A stretch of DNA of 63,400 nt, filler included, from Olpidium bornovanus S191 (GCA_017911155.1; 27 parts of 27 records of this genome joined end to end with filler, not necessarily neighbours in it); one strand, 5' to 3'; counted from the whole stretch's first letter, positions 27,010 to 39,533 are shown. Numbers and translations: made by a program. The notes: a model not told the origin generated them from the sequence alone.

Positions 27010-27946
27010 GCCTTGCGTTTTTTGTTCTGCGAGGTTACCGGCCGCGGCGCGCCTGCCGTTGCGAATAGAGCACGGAAGGTCCCCCCCCCCCCCCCCCCCC
27101 CTTTCCTCCTCCCCCCCACGCCCCCGCATCCCACTTTTGAACGATTATAAGGTCTCGATGGCCTGTAATGCGACGCATCGCGACGATCACTGTATTTCCC
27201 TTCATTTTCCCCTTCGTCTTAAGCGACTCTCATGCNNNNNNNNNNNNNNNNNNNNNNNNNNNNNNNNNNNNNNNNNNNNTTAATTAATTAANNNNNNNNN
27301 NNNNNNNNNNNNNNNNNNNNNNNNNNNNNNNNNNNCACATGGGGAAGTCGGAACATTGTTCAAACGCGAAACTGTTTTTTTTGACACATCTCCCTATAAG
27401 CACTGTAAGCGACAAGTCAAGCGAAAGTGCGCTGGTGGAACGGCGACGGCGCTTTCCCGAAAGACAACGCATGACGCACCGCTATGTGGACGTTGCCTTC
27501 TGCGATTGTTGTAGTTCGTATCTGTACACCTGCTTCTCGTCCTCCTGCAACCAGGCGACCCCGGCGAGTCGGCAGAGTAATTTCAGACATTAGACAAAAA
27601 TGCCGGCACATTTGCCGGGTCTTCGGAGAGTGCCAGACCACTCAGACACGTACGTCCTGCGCCGCCTTGTCAAACTGGTCGAGCTTGGAGTTGGCAAGTT
27701 GCCACTGACAAGGAGTTCACGGTCGACAACGGGGGCCGCCGCGGACGTCAGCTCACCGACGCGCACGTCGGGACCAAAAAGCTGATAACGCCAACAGGGA
27801 CAATTTGTTTTTTCCAAAGGCCCACAAACGATCCGGGACGGCCTTCCACGACGCGCTGGCGCCTGTTTCCACCGCGAGTCGCGCGCTCCGAGCCGTTCCG
27901 CCATACGGAGCGCAGCAGGACCTTGCACTTATAGCCGGAACTTCTC

Positions 27947-28324
27947 CTACTCTTTCCTTCCTTCCCCCCACGCTCTTTGTTGTTTCGTCGGCATCCCAAA
28001 AAACTTCTGCAAACAGACGAGGAAGCTGAAGCGCTAACCTGGAAAAAAGAGTAGCCCACAGTGACGATACACCCGGCTTTGCAGCGCGACCGACGGTGAG
28101 TGGAGCGGATGAGCGGAAGGCAGGCAGGCGCACACCCACACAACGCCGCAGCCTCCCAACAGAATCCCGGTTGCCCCCCCGCGCGGTCGCGCACCTGTGA
28201 AGCCCCATAGGCTGAACAAAATGGCCATGTGCGACTGGTCCCCCAGCTTCTTGAGTTTGAGCGCGAGCTGCTCCCTGCGGCCGTAGAGCTGCTGGTGGCG
28301 GACCCTGGACGGGAGCGGAGGCAT
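27947..28324 (-). CDS. Small single-TM protein, tentatively Cox14-like
   Basis: Three exons give MPPLPSRVRHQQLYGRREQLALKLKKLGDQSHMAILFSLWGFT/AGCIVTVGYSFFQ/KFFGMPTKQQR. The LGD..H..ILFSLWGFT segment resembles the Cox14 family by eye only. The 3' end may extend to exons near 27450-27700. Confidence 0.35.
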
Positions 28325-28502
28325 AGTTTGGCTTGCGGACGTCGGCCCCGCTGATTGTCGCGAGGGGAGGGGATGTGTGTGTGGGACGGTCGGAGTCCAA
28401 CCCTTTTTTTTTTTTTTTTTTATCCTTTCCGCCGCCGAAAACCCATCCCGCCCGACAGAAGTTGCGCGCCACCGGCGTCGTCGTTGGGCGGACCGGATAA
28501 GC

Positions 28503-29976
28503 ATGGCCGCGTCGCACCCGGACCCAGGCCTGGAGCATTACCCAGCGTCGCTCCTGGCCTTCCTCGCGGAAAACGGTCTCGACACCGCCCCCTTCGCCAG
28601 GCGCTTCCAGCTGCCGCGCTACGTTCGCCTTTCGCTCCGCGGAGTCGCGGCCCGCCTGACGGGCCAGCAGCTGCAGAGCCAGCTCGGCCCGGGCGTGCAC
28701 GTCGCCGAAGTGGAGGGGCCCGGCAGCGGGTCGGGTCCCGAAGTGTTCTGGAAAGTTACGCCGGGAGCCACCAAGATCGTGGGCTGCGACGCGTGGGTTC
28801 ACCTTGCAGCTGACATGCTCTACTGGGAGCGACCAGACCCCGCGTTCCCGTTGACGTTGCGCGGCTTCGCGCGTTCCTTCTAGCTACCAGAAAGCACAGG
28901 TGACTGTTAAGCTGCTGCTCCGCTCGCGTCCCAAGGGTCAGCCTGTCTGATTATCAGCGACTTTACCACACGTTTGGCGCAGATTTATGGCGTCGACCTC
29001 AGCTCCGGCGTTGCCGTTCTTGCTCTGGGTGTGGAGAAAAACGACAACGTTCTCGACTTGTGCTGTGCGTAAGTCTTCAGATTGCGGACTCCGACGTGCG
29101 TTCGGGAACGGCTTCCGTCAATCGTAACAAGCCGATGACGTGTTTCCAGTCCCGGTAGGCATTGCGAACTGTTGCGAATGCTCTCCGCCCGAGATGATAT
29201 TCCGTTCGAACACCGAACTGCCGAGTTGACGTTCTAAGGACATCGAACTGTCGCTGTTTAGGAGCGAAATTGTGCATGATTGCCGAGATCCTCGGCGATT
29301 CCGGGACCGGCACTGTCACAGGCGTGGACATTTCCGAGCACCGGGCGGCCAGCTGCCGGAGCCTGCTGAAGAAGTACGCCATCCGGCGTGCCCGCCTTTT
29401 TGTTGCTGATGGCACCGCTTTTGATTTTGCCCCGCCAAAGGAGTTCGCGGCGACTCTGAACGAAATTCAGCGGCGTAGAGGAGAAAATACGCCAGACGAT
29501 AGTTCGTCGGGGAATGCCTATCCGCCTGTGGGCCCATCGGCGCCAAGCGCGAAGGCCGCGGAAACGACGGCGAACTCGGCGGCCGAATTCGACGCGCGAG
29601 GCGCATTCCGCTTATTAGAAAGCGCACGGAACGGCTGCGAGGGGCGTGCGGACGAGGAAGATTTTGACGGCTACACCTGCTTCCACGCCGCGGCAGACGA
29701 TGATTTTCAGCACGCGCCGTCTGCAGCGAATGCCGCGGCCACCGCCGCCGGCTCTCGGAAGCGAATGCCTTTCTGGGCGCCGAAATTGCTGCGACAACCC
29801 GCCGCCAGTGTCGCAGATTTTCCTGATGGCTTGTACGACAAGGTGGGGTGAGGCGGCCTTGAGATCAAATCTGTTTCCAGAACTATCGTTGCTGAAGTTG
29901 CATGTTCCGCGGCGACCAAAAAGGTCTTAGTCGATGCGGAGTGCACACACGACGGGTCTTTGGTTCATATCACGAA
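28503..29976 (+). CDS. RsmB/NOL1/NOP2/Sun (NSUN) family RNA m5C methyltransferase (3' truncated)
   Basis: LPRYVRL, IYGVDLSSGVAVLALGV, VLDLCCA/PGAKLCMIAE, VTGVDISEHR, FVADGT and YDKV/LVDAECTHDGS. Confidence 0.88.
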
Positions 29977-30264
29977 GGTACATTCAGTCGCCTGCAGTTG
30001 AGCGTCGAGGAACGGTTCGAGNNNNNNNNNNNNNNNNNNNNNNNNNNNNNNNNNNNNNNNNNNNNTTAATTAATTAANNNNNNNNNNNNNNNNNNNNNNN
30101 NNNNNNNNNNNNNNNNNNNNNCGAGAGACAAAAAAAAAAAAAAAAAAAAAAAAAGGGGGACGCCGAAACCCCCCCCCCCAACCCCCCAACGCCGGGGTCG
30201 GTTCGGTTCTGCCCCCCCCCCCCCCCCCCCCCCCCCGGGAACCACCCCGCCCGCCGCTCTTATA

Positions 30265-31138
30265 ATGTCCAGCCCTCCGGTCTCGCGCGGCGGAGCCTCG
30301 AGGGCCTCTGCGTCGACACTCGCCGTCATACCGCGGCCGCGGGACCCGCGCGAGACTTACCTGATCATGGACTGCCCCTCGGACAAGACCCTGCCGTCGT
30401 ACATGCCCACGCTGGCGGAGCAGGGCGTCAGGCACGTGGTGCGCGTCAGCGGCCAGGCGCACGCCTACGACACCGCCCCGCTCGCCGACGCCGGCATCAG
30501 GGTCCACGACGGCATGCGCTTCGACGACGGAACGCCGCCCCCGCCCCACGTCGTGTCCAGCTGGCTGGCGCTCGTCGAGCGCACCTTCGACGTCGGCGGG
30601 AGCGGCGGCGGCGGCGGGAAGCGGAGCCCGAGAGGGCCCGCCGAGGGAGAAGGCGAGAAGGGGGATCGGAAGTCGATCGCCTGCCACTGCGTCTCGGGGA
30701 TAGGCAGGGCTCCGGTGAGGCGTTCGGGCGGGAAAATACCTTTTAGTTTGAAAAGCCGACATTTCTGCTGCGGGCTCGGAACACTGACCCAGGGGACCGC
30801 TCGCGGGAAAAAAAACCGCCGTGATTTCTGGTACCCGTCGCCCCCGCCCCCTCCCCGCCCCCTCCCCCCCCTCCCTTTTCCCCCCGCAGGTCCTCGTCGC
30901 CCTCGCCCTCGTGGAGTTTGACGGGATGGACCCGCTGGAAGCGGTGGAGCTCGTGCGGAAACGCCGGCGCGGGGCGCTCAACAAGCAGCAGCTGCAGTGG
31001 CTCAGCACTTACAAGCGGGGCCGGTGGCGCAAAACCAAAGCGCCCGCGTCGCCGCTGCCGCTGCCGCCGCCCGGGCGCCCGTCGGGTGCGAAGAGGACTC
31101 TCTTCTTCGCGTGCTGCGGCGGGGGCGACCACGTGTGA
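30265..31138 (+). CDS. PRL (PTP4A)-family phosphatase
   Basis: Exons 30265-30714 and 30890-31138: YLIMDCPSDKTL, VVRV, FDDGTPPP, HCVSGIGRAP/VLVALALVE, VRKRRRGALNKQQLQWLSTYK. Confidence 0.9.
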
Positions 31139-31424
31139 GGGAGACCCGTTTGAGGAGGGAACAGGAGAGAGGAGAGGAAGAGCGGGGCGGAATCCGCGGG
31201 CGGGCACAGACGCAAAGTCGCTCTTCTTTTCAGCGAAAGGTCAGCGGCCTCGGGGTTATCCTTCCGCCGGGTCGGGGGACAAGGCGGGGGGGGGGAAGGG
31301 GGCGTCAGCGGCTGGTGGTCGCCGTTGACTTGCGGAAGAAAAAACCTCGCTTCCTCCCAGCAGTAAAGCAGGGAGGGAAAAAACCGGAGCCGAAGTTCTG
31401 CTCGTGGCCGGCAATCTCCCCTCT

Positions 31425-31502
<78 letters not shown>

Positions 31503-31606
31503 ACGCNNNNNNNNNNNNNNNNNNNNNNNNNNNNNNNNNNNNNNNNNNNNTTAATTAATTAANNNNNNNNNNNNNNNNNNNNNNNNNNNNNNNNNNNNNN
31601 NNNNNN

Positions 31607-33798
31607 ACGCACCTGCTTAAAAAGATTCTCACGGACGACACCGGCAGGGCTCGGCGGGCCGCCAAAGCCCGGGTGAATGCCGGTAACATAGTTGTATCTG
31701 TCCACCGGTGCCCTGGCCGCCGGCATGTCAAATGACACCGGTCCGGTCGCGGCAGGGCGTGACTCCGGAACTTTGGGCTGCTGTCCGGCAAGCACCGGCG
31801 CGGCAGGCCGCTTCTTGTCCTTTGTTTTCATTGCCGAAAAAAAAAACCGCTTCGCTCGTCAGCCGTTTCGGCTCCGACGAGGGACAAAAAAAAAAAAAAA
31901 CACACAGCCTCGCCCGCGGTGTCCCAACCGCAAAACTCACGTTATTGGACGGAGCGCGCCTCGGTTTCGCCTTTTGAGAGCTCGCGCTCGAGGTGCGAGC
32001 GCCTGCGTCGACCTCGCCGGCGGGGCTTCCGGCCGCTTCGGCGGCGGCGACGGCCGGCGTCGACAGAGGAGGGACGGTAATGGTTGCGCGGAGCTTTTTC
32101 GTCGGTCGGGCTTCGGACGTCACTGGCTCGGTGTGTGGGGCGGTGACTGGCAATTGGACCTCCGGTCCTCGCTTCGATGGCGTCTGCGCCGCCACAGGCG
32201 TCGTCGGCGGGTGCGGCCGCTTGCGGCTGCCTTCTTCTGCGGCGGGTTGCGGGCTTCCCCGTTTTTCGGAAATCTGAGGCAAAAGCAGAAATAAACAAAA
32301 ATAGAAAAAGAAAACGAAAAAGGAGCAGGGACCTCCGCATTGAGCAAAGACGTGCGACGCGCGACGAATGAAAAGAAAAAAAAAGAAAAAGGCAAATGGA
32401 AACCGCGAGGCCTTGACGGGGTCTCACGTCAAATAACAAGCCTCGCCACCTCTTGTCGTTCGGATCCGACAAGAGGTCGGCGGGAACCTGGCCTTTCGAA
32501 TTCTGAGTGTGCGGGCTCGCTCCGTAAACTTCAATCAAAAGGCGACAGACCGGCTCGTGACCTAGCGCGGCGGTCGGTAAAAAATCGAAGGTTCAGGGCC
32601 AAGAGAAACAAGGCAAGAGCTCTTCTCGCGTCCCATCAATTTTCTGGGTTGAATCCGCGACGCATAGCCCGCCAGGAGCCCATCCGAAGTCGGCGAGGAG
32701 CAATTTACCTGAAAATGCCGCCCATGCGAGCGGAGTACCCTGGTACCACGTGTCTCTGGCCTCGACATCCGCACCGTCGACGGTCATGAGCAATTTGACG
32801 GCCTTGGAGTTACCGTGATATGCAGCAGCGTGAAGCAGAGACCAGGTAAATGTGTCCCCGAACATGATAGTCTTGTACAGCGCAAGGAGTGGATGGACCG
32901 GCGGCGATTTCCCGTCGGCGGCAGCTGCGGGCCCGACCGAGGTGGGGTCGTCGATGATAGCCTGAGAAAGCACCAAGAAGTTGTTGGACTCCTTCTTCGA
33001 AAGTGCCGTGAACAGCCGCTTAATTTGCGGCGGCGGGAAACCGTCGGCAGCCGCAGCCACGTTCAGCACGATCTTTGCCGACGGGGTCTTTGCGACTGCC
33101 GGGGTGGTCGCATGAGCAGAGCCGTCGCGGCCGCTTGACGGAGCCCCGGAAACCGACTTGGCAGACTTCGCCGGTGTAGACGCCGGCGGCCCTTCCTCTC
33201 CCACGTCTGCGCTTGCCCGCTGGGAACTGCCGACACTCGCCGGGATGGTGATTTTTGGTCGGGCATTCTTTGCAGGTTCTGTTCCTGACTGCGCCTGAAC
33301 GGTCGTTGTCGCTGGCGCACCCGAAAGCGGCGCTTCGGGCTTTTCACGCGGACGCTTTGGCACGGAGGTGGCTGACTTTGGTTGTTGTTCTCCAGCGGCC
33401 TTCGCTTCCAATGGCTTTTCAGCCGGCCGCTTAGCCTGCTTCTCGACCTGCTTCTCAACCGGCTTGTCAACCGGCTTGTCAACCGGCTTGTCAACCGGCT
33501 TGTCAACCGGCTTCTCCACCCGCGTTGCGTCCGACTTTGCAACCGGCTTTTCAACCGTCATCAAAATCGGCTTCGCAGCCGCCTTTGCAACCGGCTTTGC
33601 CGCCACCTTTGCAACCGGCTTTGCAGCCGGCTTTTCAGCCGGCTTTTCAGCCGGCTTTGCAACAGGCTTTGGAACCGGCTTTTCAACCGGCTTCTCAACC
33701 GGCTTCGCAACAGGCTTTATAACTGGCTTTGCAATCGACTTGGCAATCGGCTTTGCAGCCGGCTTTTCGACAGGCTTTTCAACCGGTTTTTCGGGGAT
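31607..33798 (-). CDS. Ankyrin-repeat protein with a Lys-Pro-rich tetrapeptide repeat region (both ends truncated)
   Basis: Exon 32709-33798 reads (KPxx)n, then a Pro/Ala/Ser linker, then [20 protein letters not shown]...[21 protein letters not shown]. The next exon has [17 protein letters not shown]. Basic patches RKRP and KKLR suggest nuclear localisation. Confidence 0.75.
33420..33790 (-). repeat. Coding 12-nt minisatellite (about 30 units, AAGCCGGTTGAA/GAC/GCA)
   Basis: On the + strand, accggcttgtca / accggcttttca / gccggctttgca are repeated. The minus strand translates as [16 protein letters not shown]. Confidence 0.92.
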
Positions 33799-34063
33799 CT
33801 AATTGGCAAACATTTGGTGTTGCGGGTCAGCGAGAGGCAAAAAAAATAACAATAAAAAAATAAAAAAATCAAGCGGCCACAAAGATTTGTCCAGCACGCC
33901 TGTGGCGCAATAAACAAATGCGGGCCCGCGGATCACGCCCATGNNNNNNNNNNNNNNNNNNNNNNNNNNNNNNNNNNNNNNNNNNNNTTAATTAATTAAN
34001 NNNNNNNNNNNNNNNNNNNNNNNNNNNNNNNNNNNNNNNNNNNCCCAAATGTAGACAGACCCC

Positions 34064-34264
34064 TTGGCGCGGACAGGAGTGAGTTGGAGTTTATATCGAT
34101 GGATTCCATCCACGCGAGCATGCAAATTCTGCAAGTCACCAGACCATTTCCCTAGTGACTGCCCTAAAATTCCCCGGGAGTTACTCGATGAAGGAAAGCG
34201 AAACATCGAAGAAAGGGAAAAGGAGGAAACAACTCTCGACCAAGCAAGAGCGCTTCGCCGGTGA
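34064..34264 (+). pseudogene. CCHC zinc-knuckle fragment (gag-like remnant or exon of a zinc-knuckle protein)
   Basis: CKFCKSPDHFPSDC at 34121-34162 is an exact CX2CX4HX4C. Confidence 0.5.
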
Positions 34265-34714
34265 GTGGCATCGGGCGCACCGCTTTTCTGCGCTGCCTCT
34301 CGTGCATCTCCCTCTGTCGACGCCTTCGCCCTTCGTCTGTCCCGTTCCCGGCTCGGGCGCCCGATATTATCTTGCGCGTCCCGCCGGTTCAGAGTGGGCA
34401 ACTCACGCAACCCTCCTGCTCCCCTCCCACACGCTCACCCCGCTTTCTTCTCCCGTTCGCAAGTTCCAGCCTCTCGGCTGCTCACCCCAGGTAAGAACCG
34501 CCAGACGAAGACGGAGGGCAGGGGGCGTTGACCATTCCGATCTCTAGTGGGCGTTTCACCGGCATGGGGTTCCTTGCCGTCCGTTTCCGTGATCATCGGG
34601 GCGCTGGGCCGCTGGGACCGTCCCGTTGAACCCACCGCAATCCGGACAGGCCGCCGAACAAGTTGCGCTTTGCGAACTCCACTCTTTACTGTCCCTGTAC
34701 AGCACAGCGGCAGC

Positions 34715-35709
34715 ATGGCGGAAGCGTTACCTATTCGCTTCCAGGAGCATGTACAGGTTCGTCCGCCGCCAACTGCTTCAGTTGTCGCCATAGTACTTCG
34801 CTGACTGCGCCGACCGGTCGCCGCCGACGGAAACGTCCACACCTGATTCCGTTGCTCAGCTCCAAAGCCTTGGCATCAATGCCGCGAGCATAGGTTTCAA
34901 CACCCTCACAATGGAGTCGGACAGGTTCATCTGCGTCCGTGAGACCGTGGGAGAACAAAACCAAGTAGTGATCATCGATCTGGCGGGTGCGAACGACTTG
35001 GTGCGCCGGCCGATCACGGCCGACTCCGCCATTATGAACCCCAAGTCAAAAGTCATTGCGCTAAAAGGTGCGTTGTCAGATCCCTCCGAGGACTGAGCAA
35101 AAGCTCTGCCCTTTTTTTCAGTTCAGCCCGCAACGTATAGACCGTCCGGCTCAATCCGATCGAACCTTTTACCTTTTCCCAAAAGCCGCGAGGCAGCTTC
35201 AGATCTTCAACATCGAGATGAAGTCGAAGATCAAATCCCACCTGATGCACGAGGATGTCGTGTTCTGGAAGTGGGTCACCGTGAACATGCTCGGCTTGGT
35301 CACCGAGACTGCCGTGTACCACTGGTCGATGGAGGGCGATTCGCAGCCCCAAAAGATGTTTGATCGCCACGCGAGCCTCAACGGCTGCCAGATCATCAAC
35401 TACCGCATCAACTCAGACGAGAAGTGGTTCCTGGTCGTCGGCATCTCCGCCCAGGTACGGCTAGTCGTCGTCAGGGCATGCTGTTTGTTTGGGAAGGACG
35501 CTGACACATGTTTGCACGACAATTTTCCTGGGAAACAAAACCAAAAGCAAGGACGTGTTGTCGGAGCAATGCAACTCTACTCGAAGGAACGCGGCGTCAG
35601 CCAACCCATTGAGGGACACGCCGCATCCTTCGCCGAGATTGTTCTTGAGGGAGGCGTCGCGCCAACCAAACTGTTTACTTTTGCCGTCAGGAGCGCAACT
35701 GGCGCCAAG
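34715..35709 (+). CDS. CHC1: Clathrin heavy chain, N-terminal propeller (3' truncated)
   Basis: [14 protein letters not shown]/...[24 protein letters not shown]...[13 protein letters not shown].../[11 protein letters not shown]...FWKW...QIINYR.../[23 protein letters not shown]. Confidence 0.97.
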
Positions 35710-36460
35710 GTTCGTGCCATTTCCCTGCAATTGCATGTTCNNNNNNNNNNNNNNNNNNNNNNNNNNNNNNNNNNNNNNNNNNNNTTAATTAATTAANNNN
35801 NNNNNNNNNNNNNNNNNNNNNNNNNNNNNNNNNNNNNNNNCATGAATTTGGCGGCCCTTGATAATTGGACAGTAGGAGCACATTCTGTCGCGGTGAAGAG
35901 GGTTGCAGCCGTTCATTGCGTGCCGTTCCGATGGGCGAGTTGGGATCGGAGTGATGATGGTAAAATCGACGATTATCCCAAAAGTTCCAACGAACGTTGT
36001 ACCGTTAAGAGCAGGGGGCGGTGTTGGGGGACGGAAAATGAAGAGGACGCTGAGTTTCTGGAACGACGAGTCATTTCACACCAGAGACCGGGTAGCAAGT
36101 GGTGCTCACGGGAAAGACTGTTTGGCATTGTCTGTTTCTGTTCGCTGAAGATTTCGGAGCTCCTGCGAGGTCCGTCGCCGGAAGAACCGGACCGCATCAC
36201 AGAGAGCTATAGGGCGAGGGCTTGCCGGTGGTACGGTTGTTGTAAGGGCGTCTTCTGTGTCGCGGCCCGGAGGTGTCAGGGCCACGCGGGCCGCGCCAAA
36301 GCGTGACAAAAAAACAGACGCGAAAAGTGCGCAGTACGCGATACGGCTGGGGTGCGAACAATCACTAACCTTTTGGCCCACCCGACACCGAAAGCCTGGG
36401 GCGCCGTCGGCAGAGCGCACGATCCGACGGGTGGTGTCAGATAAAAGGTCTGAACGAAAG

Positions 36461-36496
<36 letters not shown>

Positions 36497-37535
36497 AGGC
36501 GCAATTGGAACATAAGAGAGAAGTGGCCGCAGCTGCCCCCGCACCTGGAAACCTCTCGTCAAGATCAGGCCGCGGCGACCGTTTTCTGGTCGGTCCGTTT
36601 CCAATCCGGCGCTGAAACGGCTTGGCGTCGCCCGCAAGCGGGGCGCAGGATGCGGATCGTGATTCTGGGACCGGGAGCCCGGCCGAAGTTATCGGTTAAG
36701 CAATCGAGGAGAAGCAGACCTGGTAGAGCAAAAAAAGGTCACGGAGTCGGACGGGGGCGGCGTTCGCGAGGGCCCGCCGGTACCGCCGGTTTCCGGGCGC
36801 TGCCTTTTGTGGTAAAGAAGCAGGCAGAGAGAAGGGGCAGCGCCGGGACGGGTCGGGCGGGCTCGCAGAGTTTCCGTTTCGCTCCCGGCACCGTGCGGGG
36901 TATAAAACGGGCGGAGAGGATATCTATTCGGCGGTCGCCCTGCTGGCGATCGGTTTCCCGCGTGATGTTTCCGCCGGCTTCGAGGCTCGCGCGCGTTCTT
37001 TTCCTTTGTTCTCGCTCGTTCGCTCCGGGGTTCCGCTCGGTCGCCGAGTCGCCCTGTCGTCCGATCGTCCGGGGTGTGCGCCGCGCGTTCAGCAGAAACG
37101 CGAGCGGGGCGGTGGGGGGCGCTGCCGCTCTCGTCGGAAGCGGGAAAGGACCTCTGGGGCGGAGTAAAAGGGCGGAAGGCGGGCGGGGCGGGGAACGGTC
37201 GTCGACGTCCCGTTTCTCTCTCTCCCAGTCTCTCACTCTCTCTCTCTCTCCTGCCCGTCCCCGCTCCCTCCGAGACGTTTGTGCTCCCGCGGAGACCCTC
37301 CTGGTTATTTTTCACGATTTACCCGCTCGTCAATTGCAACCTGTTGCAAGTCTCTTTTGCACCAACACTCCAGGCAGGACAGTTACACTGCTGGCAGGAT
37401 TGACCGCAGCAAAAGGGCCAAGAATTACGGCATGNNNNNNNNNNNNNNNNNNNNNNNNNNNNNNNNNNNNNNNNNNNNTTAATTAATTAANNNNNNNNNN
37501 NNNNNNNNNNNNNNNNNNNNNNNNNNNNNNNNNNC

Positions 37536-38582
37536 CATGTATTCGGAGCAGTCGATGCGAACAATACACTTCTCGTCGTCGAAAAGCTCGTGAGCCAGGG
37601 CCTTCGCGAGCTCGGTTTTACCGACACCGGTGGGTCCAACTGTGACGCAACAGATTTGTACCCGCAATCGGATCAATCGTGGAAAAAAAAAACCCATACT
37701 CGCCTGATTGGCACAGCGGAAATGGGTACCGCCACAATGGCGCGCGCCCCTTGACCCTGCCGCTGTACTTACGGAACAGGAAAGATCCGGTCGGCTGATG
37801 TTCGCCAGCGAGGCCGGCGCGGGACCTGAGGATCGCCTCGGCGACGGAATCAACAGCCTCCCGCTGGCCGATGACGCGCTTAGCTAGGGAGTCTCCGAGC
37901 GTGAGTAGCCGGTCAATCGCAGACTTCGTCAAACGCTGGATCGGGATTCCTGTCCAACGCGCCACGATTTCGGCGATTTGCGCCTCGGTCACCACTTCTG
38001 TGAGCAGCGACAAGTTGCCGGTCGCACCGGACGCTGCGTTCATTGCCTGCTGGTCCTCCCTCTGCTGCTTCTCGGCCTCCAGCCGCGCGATCTCCCGCTC
38101 TGTCTCCGGGATGGCGTAATAGCGGATGTCGGCCGCAGTGGCGAGGTCGTACCTGCGTTCTGTAAGTAGTGAAGGCGCAAACAGTCAACGGCTAGGCACG
38201 CTCGTTTGCCCACACTAAGACTCCTCCATCCAGCCACGCGCAACGCAACGAATAAGAGAAAATGCGCACCGGCATCGGCTGCTTTAGCCTTCAAGCCCTC
38301 GAGTTTCTGAGCCAAGACGCGGACCTGGTCAATCCGTCCCTTCTCCATCTCATAGCGCATTTTCAGGGGCTTTATTTCCTCCTTAATCTGTGCCATCTCC
38401 TCCTGCACTTTTTTGAGCCGCTGCTTGCTTCCAGCATCCTTCTCCTTGGACAGCGCCGTTGCCTCAACCTCCAGTTGCAGCAGACGACGTTCCAAGCGGT
38501 CGATGGCTTCGGGCTGAGAGTCGAGCTGTACGCGCACGTTGGCACACGCCTCATCCAAGAGGTCAATGGCTTTGTCTGGCAT
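37536..38582 (-). CDS. HSP104: Hsp104/ClpB disaggregase, M-domain and start of NBD2 (internal fragment)
   Basis: [75 protein letters not shown] and RIDCSEYM. The DIRYYAIP motif resembles cytosolic Hsp104. Confidence 0.93.
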
Positions 38583-38740
38583 GANNNNNNNNNNNNNNNN
38601 NNNNNNNNNNNNNNNNNNNNNNNNNNNNTTAATTAATTAANNNNNNNNNNNNNNNNNNNNNNNNNNNNNNNNNNNNNNNNNNNNCATGCACGCTTATTTT
38701 TCTTCCGTTTTTTTGTACTCCAACTCGCCGTAGCGTGTAC

Positions 38741-39533
38741 CTCTGCGAGAATTCCTTTGTATATCGAATTGGCGTAGACGGCACCGGCCCTTATTACAAA
38801 ATCGTCCAGCCGATACGCAAAGCCCTGATTTTGAGCGTGGCAGTTTTCCGGGCGTTGATGAGAAAGAAGCGAGTCGCGTAAGCCGGTCCAGGTGAGGGGG
38901 GAAGGGCGGGGCCACGCGAAGCTCAATGTTCGGCGATGGGCCATTTTCCCACAAGGGAACGAAGAAGTTACGTCCCCCGCGCACCTCGACCGACGCGGTC
39001 TGCCTGTGAGCCCAGAGGTTTTTCTGCTTGCTGACGACCGCCTCTAGCTCCGGCCCGGCCTCAACGACGCTTTGGTCCACGCAGGAATACACCTTTCCCG
39101 GCCGGTCGGAGAAGGACACAACGTACAGCGACTGCGGCGGATCCCCGTCGGCGCCCGGCCGCCGGAGGCCGCGGTAAATGCGGCACGTCGCCGCGAACGG
39201 GCCCAGGCTGGAACCGCCGAGGAGGCGCACCCGGTCGGAAAGGTCCGACACGGAGGCGGTCTCGGACCCGTTCGTCCACTGGAAGACCCTTGCATAGTTT
39301 TTTTTTTTTCCCGGCAGGCAGCAGGAAGTCGGGGAAGAGGTGGGGCCGGGGGGGAAGGGGCAAAGCCCGCGCGGCGAAAGCGGGGGTTACGGTCAGATTC
39401 GGTCCGCGGGAGCCGGCCGGGTTTGGTCAGCCTCTCCGCGGCGGCGTAGCCGCGCGCAGGACACTCGCGTCCGCCCAGTCGTCGCCCTCTCCGGCGCTGC
39501 AAACGGTTCTTCCCGGTACCTTGTGCAACCCAT
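38741..39533 (-). CDS. MED20: Mediator subunit Med20/Srb2 (3' truncated)
   Basis: Exons 39520-39533, 38916-39288 and 38741-38824 splice in frame: MGCTRVFQW...LGGSSLGPFAATCRIYR...IELR/GFAYRLDDFVIRAGAV...KGILAE, matching the Med20 pattern. Confidence 0.82.

Noticed and set aside
33368-33849. Plus-strand GFST/NRLV repeat ORFs
   Set aside because: They are antisense shadows of the KPxx minisatellite. Only the minus frame is continuous with the ankyrin motifs.
35841-37434. ORFs and a TATAAA (36901) in this contig
   Set aside because: No recognisable protein. It is probably a divergent promoter region with first exons only.
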